Shown here in pieces: positions 49,546 through 57,644 of a stretch of DNA of 64,000 bases. Position numbers and translations under genes: made by a program. Under the pieces are notes generated by a model, which saw nothing but the letters and a program-made list of their open reading frames with translations, had not been told where the DNA came from and did no database searches. Every line of letters begins with the position of its first letter. The first letter of the stretch is position 1. Source of the DNA: a bacterium (GTDB lineage Bacteria; Hydrothermota; UBA3073; JACQXS01; JAQTXJ01); the NCBI GenBank assembly GCA_028688815.1, contig JAQTXJ010000002.1:21485-85484 (forward strand), in the 5' to 3' direction.

Positions 49546-51594
49546 TTAGAAACTTATACTTATCCCGCCGAACCACTCGGATGCAATTATATCGTCATAG
49601 CCGTTATAGTGTTTATTGAGTAGATTATTAGCAGAGACAAAAAGATGAGCATATTCCGTAATATCTCTGGAGATTTTCATATTCAACATATAATTACTAA
49701 AATAGTTACTGATATCCGTAGCCCCCACATATTCTGCTTCCAGATTTATTCTGTTCTTAAATTTAGGTTCTACAATATAAAGTCCGATTGCAGATTTATG
49801 AGGTATATTGTCCGGCAAAGATACTCCCGTTAATTCATTTTTTGTGTTAAGAACGGTATATTTTATTTCTCCCGATAACCAATTAAGCGGCTGGGTCAGA
49901 AGTTCTATTTCTGCACCGTGTATATGAGCGTTTGGGATATTGCGATAGCTTTTCAGAGGAAACTCATCATGATAATTTTCCGTTAAAGTATATAATTCTA
50001 TCATATCTTTAATTTCATATCTAAATAATGAAATTCTTGCCGACAAAAAGCTTGTGCCTGTATATTCAGCGCCTAATTCATAAGTTGTAGACTTTTCCGT
50101 AGTTAATGAATCATTACTCCTGACATACGTTCCCCCTTTATCATAAGTATAAAATTCATTAGAATAAAGCTGGGACATATCCGGTTCTCTAATTGATTTT
50201 CCAAGTCCCGCTCGTATTTTCAGAGGTTCATCTACTCCATACAGTATGGCTATTTTCGGCATTAATCTCACGTCTCTGTGATAACTGTCAATGCGGTCAC
50301 TAATTAATACGGTAAACGAAGAGGATTGTATTTCGTGTTGCAAATATAGATTATGAACCAGATTTGTAGTATCAATAGACAGGTTTGAATTATATCCCGA
50401 GTAAGTAAAACTATACCCCATACTTGAACTGTGCGAGACGTTATGTTGCATATCTTTTAGTATAAGACGGGTATAATAAATTTCTCCCTCCGTTGTTCCG
50501 GTAATTTCATCTATTTTTTTCCCGTATATATAAGATTGTTTATACTGATAAGTAGAGAGTCTTGTTTTTAGTTCGGCGAATTCATGCAACTTTACATCCC
50601 AGATAGAATTGATATTATATTTCCAGTGTTCTCTAGACTGGTATTCATCCTTTTGGTAATAATAACCCGGTTCGATTGTCAATTCGGAAATAGTTTTGGG
50701 TTCCGCTTCCGACAAGTTTGCTATTATTTGTCCGCGATAATCGGATGCATCGAATTTATCAAACGCCGGATATATCCCGTCTGAACTTCTTTGACTGTAG
50801 TTAAAGACATATCCGAATTTATCTTTTTTTACTCCCTGTCTTAGAGTATGGACTTTTGTATTGTTCGTTCCTCGTGTAATTTCAGCAAAATTGGTATTAC
50901 AGGGGAAAGTAGGAATAATGTTTACTACTCCCGCAATCGCTCCTTCTCCATACAAATTAGCATAAGGACCTTCCAACACTTCTATTCTTTCTATCATTCC
51001 TACCGGATATTGGTCTAAATCGTATATCCCTGTTGTTCTTTGCCCGTCCAATAATATTAACAGATGCTCAGGTTCAAGCCCACGATATCTGCAAACGCTT
51101 TTTGTCCCGTATTCTCCTCTTTGTATTTGCATTCCGGTAAGCCAGTTTATTGCATCTCCAGCCGTTTCAAAATTATGTCTTGAGAGTTCCTTTTTATCTA
51201 TTACATCCGTGAATATTGTGGTATGTTTCCATAGTTCTGTGTTTTTTGAGTTGCCCGTTACGATATCTCCTTTTTGAATTGTGGTCGGGACCAAGTTGAA
51301 ATCAATAGTCGTATGGCTTCCCGGCGAAACGATTATTTTTTTGGAGTCTGCTTTGTATCCTGCAATGGCGGCTGCAACTTCGTATTCTGCTTCATCACAG
51401 GAAAGTTGGTAGAAAAAGTATTCTCCGGATGTATCGGTTTTTGTATGTATAGTCGTGTTCCGGATTACGATATTTACTTCCTTTAGCGGTTCGCCTGTGA
51501 TGGAGTCTTTTACTGTTCCCTGAATCCTTCCCGTGCACCAGCCAAATAAAGTTTGATATGAAAATACGGATAAGACAAATATTACATATTTCAT
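49546..51594 (-). CDS. TonB-dependent outer-membrane receptor with N-terminal carboxypeptidase-regulatory-like domain
   Basis: CRD motif (GRIQGTVKDSITGEPLKEVNIVI), plug domain (…LLILLDGQRT), about 22 beta-strands and a terminal aromatic (…GGISISF). Confidence 0.8.
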   Translation of the reverse strand: MKYVIFVLSVFSYQTLFGWCTGRIQGTVKDSITGEPLKEVNIVIRNTTIHTKTDTSGEYFFYQLSCDEAEYEVAAAIAGYKADSKKIIVSPGSHTTIDFNLVPTTIQKGDIVTGNSKNTELWKHTTIFTDVIDKKELSRHNFETAGDAINWLTGMQIQRGEYGTKSVCRYRGLEPEHLLILLDGQRTTGIYDLDQYPVGMIERIEVLEGPYANLYGEGAIAGVVNIIPTFPCNTNFAEITRGTNNTKVHTLRQGVKKDKFGYVFNYSQRSSDGIYPAFDKFDASDYRGQIIANLSEAEPKTISELTIEPGYYYQKDEYQSREHWKYNINSIWDVKLHEFAELKTRLSTYQYKQSYIYGKKIDEITGTTEGEIYYTRLILKDMQHNVSHSSSMGYSFTYSGYNSNLSIDTTNLVHNLYLQHEIQSSSFTVLISDRIDSYHRDVRLMPKIAILYGVDEPLKIRAGLGKSIREPDMSQLYSNEFYTYDKGGTYVRSNDSLTTEKSTTYELGAEYTGTSFLSARISLFRYEIKDMIELYTLTENYHDEFPLKSYRNIPNAHIHGAEIELLTQPLNWLSGEIKYTVLNTKNELTGVSLPDNIPHKSAIGLYIVEPKFKNRINLEAEYVGATDISNYFSNYMLNMKISRDITEYAHLFVSANNLLNKHYNGYDDIIASEWFGGISISF

Positions 51595-51613
51595 TTTATT
51601 AAGTTGAAAACAT

Positions 51614-52219
51614 TTACCAATGATAGCTCCTTACAGCACAAATAATAGGGAAAATACTTCCGACGCTTGCGCTAATAATAGTTGATGTTACGCCGGAATG
51701 ATTTTCATCTAATGTAAAACTTATACCTCCTGCCACAAGCACTCCTATTGCGGTTCCGAGTAATGTTCCTAAAAGAGTTTTCCGGTAAGAACCATTTTCT
51801 CCTAATTTTCCCCCTACAATCATAACGCCCTTTGTAATCCCAATGATAGCGCCTGTCGGAGCACCTATATATAGACCAATCGGAACTCTTATGTCCCCAG
51901 CAGATGGGTCGTCATAAATATCCCGTCCAAATATGGTTCCCAATAAAGTCAATCCTACAACGGGTATGCCAACACCAATCAATCCTCCTACAATTCCACC
52001 TACAAAACCTCCCATTGCTTCTTTGGCATACATAGAAACTGAAGCAAGTTGTTTTGTGCTTGTATCTGATGTTTGTAGTAAATTGAAATTCAATAAACTA
52101 TTTGTAGTTTTAGGGCTAAATAATGTATTACTTCCTGGTAAAATCCCCGTAGGATGAAATCCAATATCCGCAGACACATATACGGGTAAAAGCAAAGTTA
52201 ATATCCCTATTGTTCTCAT
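51614..52219 (-). CDS. Secreted glycine-zipper membrane protein (hypothetical)
   Basis: Signal peptide plus GGFVGGIVGGLIGVGIPVVGL glycine-zipper segments. Confidence 0.4.
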   Translation of the reverse strand: MRTIGILTLLLPVYVSADIGFHPTGILPGSNTLFSPKTTNSLLNFNLLQTSDTSTKQLASVSMYAKEAMGGFVGGIVGGLIGVGIPVVGLTLLGTIFGRDIYDDPSAGDIRVPIGLYIGAPTGAIIGITKGVMIVGGKLGENGSYRKTLLGTLLGTAIGVLVAGGISFTLDENHSGVTSTIISASVGSIFPIICAVRSYHW

Positions 52220-52270
52220 AATTTACAAGTTTAAATTACCTCATTTTGTGGCTTGTCCGCCTGAGGTGGA

Positions 52271-52765
52271 TTATTTTTTAGCGGTTTGACGCAAGTAGGG
52301 AATTAGTCCGCCTGTATTTATAATTTCCATTATAAAAGCGGGTAAAGGAGTGGCTTGCATTTCTTCACCGGTAGTCGTATTTTTTATTTTTCCGGTTTCA
52401 AACTCTATGTCAACAATATCGCCTTGATTAACTTTGCTTGATATTCCCTTACAAACAAGAATCGGCAGTCCAAGATTTATTGCGTTGCGGTAATAAATTC
52501 TTGCAAACGATTCTGCAATGATTGCTTTAATTCCAAAGTGTTTAAGACAGGTAACCGCCTGTTCACGGGAAGAGCCGCAGCCAAAAAACTTACCTCCGAC
52601 AACGATATCGCCGGGTTTTGCTTCTTTAATAAAATTAGGATAAACCGTTTCAAAAGAATGTTTTGCCATCTCTACCGGGTCAGCAGTTATAGAAAGATAC
52701 TTTCCCGGGTATATTACATCCGTGTTTACATCATCACCAAATTTCCAGACTTTGCCTTTTATCAT
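52271..52765 (-). CDS. leuD: 3-isopropylmalate/homoaconitate dehydratase small subunit (archaeal-type LeuD)
   Basis: MIKGKVWKFGDDVNTDVIYPGKYL swivel-domain signature. 164 aa. Confidence 0.8.
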   Translation of the reverse strand: MIKGKVWKFGDDVNTDVIYPGKYLSITADPVEMAKHSFETVYPNFIKEAKPGDIVVGGKFFGCGSSREQAVTCLKHFGIKAIIAESFARIYYRNAINLGLPILVCKGISSKVNQGDIVDIEFETGKIKNTTTGEEMQATPLPAFIMEIINTGGLIPYLRQTAKK

Positions 52766-52770
52766 ATTTA

Positions 52771-54012
52771 TTACAATGCTTCCGTGATTTCTCCTTTTAT
52801 TGCCGATGCGGCTACCGTTGCAGGAGATGCAAGATAAACAAAGGATTCCGCACTTCCCATTCTTGCCTGGAAATTACGGTTTGTAGTTGATATACATACT
52901 TCACCTGCTGCGAGCAACCCTTGGTGTCCACCAAGACAGGGACCACAACCCGGGTTAAGGATTAACGCACCTGCTTTTATAAATGTTTCTAAGTAACCCG
53001 CTTTCATTGCTTCAAGATAAATTTCTCGGCTTGCCGGGATAACAAGCATTCGCACGCTTTCAGCTACTTTTTTGTTTTCCAGAATTTTTGCCGCCGATGC
53101 CAAATCTTCCAACCTGCCATTTGTGCAGGAACCTAACAATGCCTGGTGAATCTTTATTCCTTTTACTTCTTTTACGGGTTTGACATTATCAACTGCGTGA
53201 GGACAGGCAACCTGCGGTTCGAGTTCTGACACGTCAAACTCAAGTATTTTTTCATAACTTGCATCTGCGTCAGGTTTAATTATTTCTACTTTATTTTTGT
53301 TACGCGAACTTACGTACTCGATTGTTTTTTTATCTACGGGGCAGAAAGCTACTTTTGCGCCCATTTCCATTGATAAATTACTTAACACCATTCTGCTTGC
53401 AATAGTCATATCGTCCATTGTGGGGCCGCAGAATTCTACACTCTTATAGTCTGCGCCGTCACACCCGAGTTTCCAGATTATGTATAATATAAGGTCTTTA
53501 GCGGAAACGTTTTTTTTGAATTTTCCTGATACGATGATTTTTATTGTTTCCGGGACTCTTAACCATATTTCTCCCGTTGCCCATACTCCTGCCATTTCGG
53601 TTCCGCCGATTCCTGCGGCGAATGTTCCGAATGCGCCGTGAGTTGTGGTGTGGGAATCAGTCCCTACAAGCAGTTGTCCGGGTATTGAATGGCCTTTTTC
53701 GGGGAGTACCTGGTGGCAGATTCCCAATTTCATATCATAGAAGTGGGTTATACCCTGTTCGGCGACGAATTCGCGGACTCTTTTATGGGTAGCCGCGGTT
53801 CTTTCCGATTCTGCCGGGATACGGTGGTCAAAAATGATTACAATTCTTTCAGGTGCCCAGACTTTTTTTAGTCCTATTTCCCTGAATGCTTTAAGGACAA
53901 CATCAGCATTTTCGTGGGACATAGCGACATCTACTTTGGCTGTAACTATTTCTCCCGGGGTAACTATTTTTTTGCCGCCCGCCCTTGCAAGGATTTTTTC
54001 TGCTAAAGTCAT
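52771..54012 (-). CDS. leuC: 3-isopropylmalate/homoaconitate dehydratase large subunit (archaeal-type LeuC)
   Basis: Aconitase-family Fe-S ligands (…GSCTNGR…, …GCGPCLG…). 413 aa. Confidence 0.85.
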   Translation of the reverse strand: MTLAEKILARAGGKKIVTPGEIVTAKVDVAMSHENADVVLKAFREIGLKKVWAPERIVIIFDHRIPAESERTAATHKRVREFVAEQGITHFYDMKLGICHQVLPEKGHSIPGQLLVGTDSHTTTHGAFGTFAAGIGGTEMAGVWATGEIWLRVPETIKIIVSGKFKKNVSAKDLILYIIWKLGCDGADYKSVEFCGPTMDDMTIASRMVLSNLSMEMGAKVAFCPVDKKTIEYVSSRNKNKVEIIKPDADASYEKILEFDVSELEPQVACPHAVDNVKPVKEVKGIKIHQALLGSCTNGRLEDLASAAKILENKKVAESVRMLVIPASREIYLEAMKAGYLETFIKAGALILNPGCGPCLGGHQGLLAAGEVCISTTNRNFQARMGSAESFVYLASPATVAASAIKGEITEAL

Positions 54013-54104
54013 AATCGTAGGATAACAAATATCTCTTTTTAGTCAATAAAATATTTTTTACTTTCTTTAATTCTCTTGTAATTACTCTTAATCTTATCTT
54101 TTTT

Positions 54105-54165
54105 TTCTCTGCGTGCGGAGTTTATCCCGCTTTGGCGGGACGACTCTGCGGTGAAAATTTCTGTT
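54105..54165 (+). repeat. Intergenic repeat family A (GC-hairpin element) copy
   Basis: ttctctgcgtgcggagtttatcccgctttggcgggacgactctgcggtgaaaatttctgtt. The internal hairpin is cccgc-tttg-gcggg. Confidence 0.6.
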
Positions 54166-54232
54166 TCCGTTTTTTCTTGACTTTGCTCTAATATAATATA
54201 TTCTAAAGAAGAATTTATGTAGGGAGGAAAAA

Positions 54233-54805
54233 ATGAAAAAGGTCGGAATTGTAGGAATAGTTTTGGGTGTAGTTTTGTTGTTTGTTTTGATGGTAGGAAT
54301 GACATTCGTAAACTACTATAATCGTTTTGTCTCCCAAGGAGAAGCTATAAGCGCTGCGTGGGCGCAGGTAGAAAATCAACTTAAACGAAGGAACGACCTT
54401 ATTCCGAATCTTGTAAACACGGTTAAGGGCTATATGGAGCACGAACGCGGAGTTTTTGAGAACATTGCGGAAGCAAGAGCGAAACTTGCAGGTGCAAATA
54501 CCGTTTCCGATAAAATGAAAGCTTACCAGGGGGTAGAAGGCGCATTGTCGAGGTTATTGGCAATCGTCGAGAATTATCCCGTTCTTAAGGCTAATGAGAA
54601 CTTTAATAAACTGATGGACGAGCTTTCGGGAACTGAAAATCGGATTGCCGTGGAAAGAATGCGTTATAATGAACTTGTGAAAATATATAACGTAAGCATA
54701 AAGAGATTCCCGGGTAGTTTCTTTGCTTCGGTGTTTAATAAAGAAGCAGCTGCATATTTCGAAGTCCCGGAAACAGAACAAGCTGTGCCCGAAGTAAAAT
54801 TCTAA
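54233..54805 (+). CDS. lemA: LemA family membrane protein
   Basis: GGGAGG SD site. N-terminal TM helix then NYYNRFVSQGEAISAAWAQVENQLKRRNDLIPNLV LemA signature. Confidence 0.8.
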   Translation: MKKVGIVGIVLGVVLLFVLMVGMTFVNYYNRFVSQGEAISAAWAQVENQLKRRNDLIPNLVNTVKGYMEHERGVFENIAEARAKLAGANTVSDKMKAYQGVEGALSRLLAIVENYPVLKANENFNKLMDELSGTENRIAVERMRYNELVKIYNVSIKRFPGSFFASVFNKEAAAYFEVPETEQAVPEVKF

Positions 54806-55016
54806 TCCCAACAGATATAGCACAGAACAAAAAGACGCTGAGAGCGCAGAGTATAAAACTAAAAACAAGAATTTTGGACGCAAATAATCTCAGATTTTCA
54901 AGATTACACCATTAAAGAAAAAGATGAAAATAACATAGAAATTCTTCTCTGCCTTAGGCAGACTTAGAATCCCTGTGGATATTCTTTTTTCTTATCCGTG
55001 GCTAAAAAATCTTTTT

Positions 55017-55133
55017 GTTCTCTGCGTGCGGAGTTTATCCCGAAGAAGGCGGGGCGACTCTGCGGTAGAAAGCCCTTGGAGCTTTAGCCCTTAGGGATTC
55101 CTATCCAACTCCGCTGGGTGAAAATTTCTGTTA
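55017..55133 (+). repeat. Composite repeat: family A element with a family B element nested inside
   Basis: Identical to 54105-54165 at both ends. The 55069-55118 insert (agcccttggagctttagcccttagggattcctatccaactccgctggg) matches 4112-4162. Confidence 0.6.
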
Positions 55134-55138
55134 ATCGT

Positions 55139-56035
55139 CTAAAACTTTCTGCTTTTGATGAGGGATTTTATATCCGGTATTTGATGTTTTTCGCAGTATT
55201 TTTCCATTCCGTCTATTATTTCTATGCCTGAATTTGGATTGACAAAATTAGCTGTGCCGATTTCAATTGCGCTTGCCCCTGTTACGATAAATTCCAGCGC
55301 ATCTTCTGCATTCATTATTCCGCCCATTCCTATAATCGGAATTTTGCAGACCATGCTTACCTTGTAAACACAGGCAAGGGCAACAGGCTTAATACATGGC
55401 CCCGATAACCCGCCGGTTATTTTTCCGAGTACCGCGCTTTTTGTTTCGAGGTCAACTTTTAATCCGTGTAACGTGTTTATCAGGGATATGGCATCTGCAC
55501 CGTTGTTTTCCGCGGAAAGGGCAATAGCTTGGATATCCGTTACGTTGGGAGAAAGTTTTATTATTACCGGTTTGGATGTTACTTTTTTTATTGCTGAACA
55601 CAGTCTGCCAAGATTATTTGCGTCTTTGCAAAATTCAATCCCGTGTTCTACGTTGGGACATGAGACGTTTATTTCAAATCCGGCAATGGAAGTAGGCTCA
55701 AACATTTCGATTACTTCTATGTATTCTTTTTGAGTTTTTCCCGCGACACTAATAATTACGGGAGTGTTATGTTTTAACCATAACGGGAGTTTATTTTCAA
55801 TAAACTTTTCTGCACCCGGGTTTTCAAGTCCTATGGAGTTAAGCATTCCGCTATATGTTTCTGCTACGCGGGGAGGCGGGTTGCCAATATTTGAATCAAG
55901 CGTAACCGATTTAGTAATGATTGCTCCGAGTCGGCCGAAATCGGTGAATTTTGCCTGTTCGAGACCGCAAGTTCCCGATGCAAGCATAACGGGATTTTTT
56001 AACTCAATCCCTGCAATGTTGACGGATAAGTCCAT
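55139..56035 (-). CDS. pyrD: Dihydroorotate dehydrogenase catalytic subunit (class 1B)
   Basis: IAGIELKNPVMLASGTCG…TKSVT… and GGI TIM-barrel flavoprotein motifs. Paired with pyrK. Confidence 0.85.
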   Translation of the reverse strand: MDLSVNIAGIELKNPVMLASGTCGLEQAKFTDFGRLGAIITKSVTLDSNIGNPPPRVAETYSGMLNSIGLENPGAEKFIENKLPLWLKHNTPVIISVAGKTQKEYIEVIEMFEPTSIAGFEINVSCPNVEHGIEFCKDANNLGRLCSAIKKVTSKPVIIKLSPNVTDIQAIALSAENNGADAISLINTLHGLKVDLETKSAVLGKITGGLSGPCIKPVALACVYKVSMVCKIPIIGMGGIMNAEDALEFIVTGASAIEIGTANFVNPNSGIEIIDGMEKYCEKHQIPDIKSLIKSRKF

Positions 56036-56766
56036 TAGTTTATTATCGTTACTCCTTTTGGAGCAACGAACTTAAATTGTTTATCGGCGATTTCATAGTT
56101 AATAAATATTTCACTAAACCTGACTTTTTCTTTAATGTCTTTGCCATCTATGTGAAATTCGGATACTATGTCCTGTGGAAACCACATTCCTTCAACAAGT
56201 TCCCAGTCTTGATAATTAGTATCATATATTAATTTATCCGTGGAGTCAAAGGTTTTTTCGTTTAGGATAACATTTTTTTGCGGGTCAACTTCAAAAATAA
56301 TTTTACTTATATTGTCGTCGCCTTTAGGCGTTGCAATTAAGTGAATAGAGTCTTGCCAGGCAATGTCAAAAGATTTTTTTAGTTCAGTTATGAAATTAAA
56401 ACTAAGTAATATATCTATGCCCGATAGTTTTTTATCTATTTCCGGGAATTCGGAGTAATGTGTTTTTACTGCTTGTTTTTTGTCCGGGTAGCAAATCCAT
56501 AATACCGAGTTATTTAAGATTATTGTTTGTTCCGGTTTGAAATATTTTATGTATAGTTTTTTTGGTTTTCGTAAATAGAATTTTCCCGTAGAGCGTTCTT
56601 TAATATTGTTTACGCTATAATACCTTGTCATCCTGCCATATACGCTTTCAATGTTCTGGTAGTTACTTATTATTTTATCAATCTGGCTGTTGCCCGATTT
56701 GTCAATACGTTCAGGTAAATTCTTGGGCGATAGCAGAATAAGCATTACTCCAAATATAACGTTCAT
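56035..56766 (-). CDS. LolA-like outer-membrane lipoprotein carrier/sorting protein
   Basis: Signal peptide. GKFYLRKPKKLYIKYFKPEQTIILNNSVLWICYP…FKFVAPKGVTIIN parallels the LolA pattern (…LkRP…DG..LW.Y.P… F.F.PP.GV.V). Confidence 0.45.
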   Translation of the reverse strand: MNVIFGVMLILLSPKNLPERIDKSGNSQIDKIISNYQNIESVYGRMTRYYSVNNIKERSTGKFYLRKPKKLYIKYFKPEQTIILNNSVLWICYPDKKQAVKTHYSEFPEIDKKLSGIDILLSFNFITELKKSFDIAWQDSIHLIATPKGDDNISKIIFEVDPQKNVILNEKTFDSTDKLIYDTNYQDWELVEGMWFPQDIVSEFHIDGKDIKEKVRFSEIFINYEIADKQFKFVAPKGVTIIN

Positions 56767-56775
56767 AGTTTTATA

Positions 56776-56830
56776 CCAAGCTCTTGAGCGAAGCTCTTAG
56801 AGATTGGTATCCAGCTCTGCTGGGACCAAT
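56776..56830. repeat. Intergenic repeat family B copy between pyrK and the LolA-like gene
   Basis: caagctcttgagcgaagctcttagagattggtatccagctctgctgggaccaat. A nested palindrome attggt…accaat encloses ccagc-tct-gctgg. Confidence 0.55.
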
Positions 56831-56891
56831 AAGCCTATAATTTATATTTGTTTTCACCATTTTGAGTACGAAGTTTCCTATGGATAACAGT

Positions 56892-57644
56892 TCATAGTTT
56901 TACTTCATCGGACCAGAAAACGGGTCCATCTTTACATACGTATTTATATCCATTTTTTATCGGGACGGCGCAGCCGAGACATATTCCTATTCCGCAAGCC
57001 ATATATTGTTCTAATGACAATTGACAGGGGATAAAGTGAGTACTTGCATAAGATTGAATTGCTTTAAGCATCGGCGCAGGTCCGCATACGTACATAATTT
57101 CCGGTTTAGGAGCGCCTTTCAATAAATCCGTTACGAGTCCTTTTATGCCGTCGGAGCCGTCTTCCGTGCTGACGCTTACGGAGCCGAGTTTTTCAAAATT
57201 TTCTTTGCATAAGATTTCGTTTTTATTTGCCGCTCCTATAAGAGTGTTTACGGTGCCGCCGGATTCTTTTATTTTTTTTGCCGCAAAATAGAGCGGGGCA
57301 ATCCCTATTCCGCCTGCAACAAGCAAAACGTTTTTATAGTAATTAGATGTATCATCTTTATTGAGTTCAAACCCATTTCCCAGTGGTCCGAGGACGTCAA
57401 TATCATTGCCGGGAGTGTAAGCGGAAAGAACTTTAGTCCCATCGCCTACGACTTTATAGAGTATGTGGAATGTAGATTCTTCCACATAGTGAATACTAAA
57501 GGGTCTGCGTAATATGAAAGGAGAAGGCTCATTAAGTCTTACTTGCACGAACTGACCCGGTTTTGCAGTTCTTGCTATTTTGTTGTCTTCAACGACAAGG
57601 AGAAAAACATTTTCATTGATTTTCTCATTCTTTAGAATTTTCAT
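56892..57644 (-). CDS. pyrK: Dihydroorotate dehydrogenase electron-transfer subunit (FAD/NAD-binding, 2Fe-2S)
   Basis: RPFSI FAD motif and C-terminal CGIGICLGC Fe-S cluster cysteines. 250 aa. Confidence 0.8.
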   Translation of the reverse strand: MKILKNEKINENVFLLVVEDNKIARTAKPGQFVQVRLNEPSPFILRRPFSIHYVEESTFHILYKVVGDGTKVLSAYTPGNDIDVLGPLGNGFELNKDDTSNYYKNVLLVAGGIGIAPLYFAAKKIKESGGTVNTLIGAANKNEILCKENFEKLGSVSVSTEDGSDGIKGLVTDLLKGAPKPEIMYVCGPAPMLKAIQSYASTHFIPCQLSLEQYMACGIGICLGCAVPIKNGYKYVCKDGPVFWSDEVKL

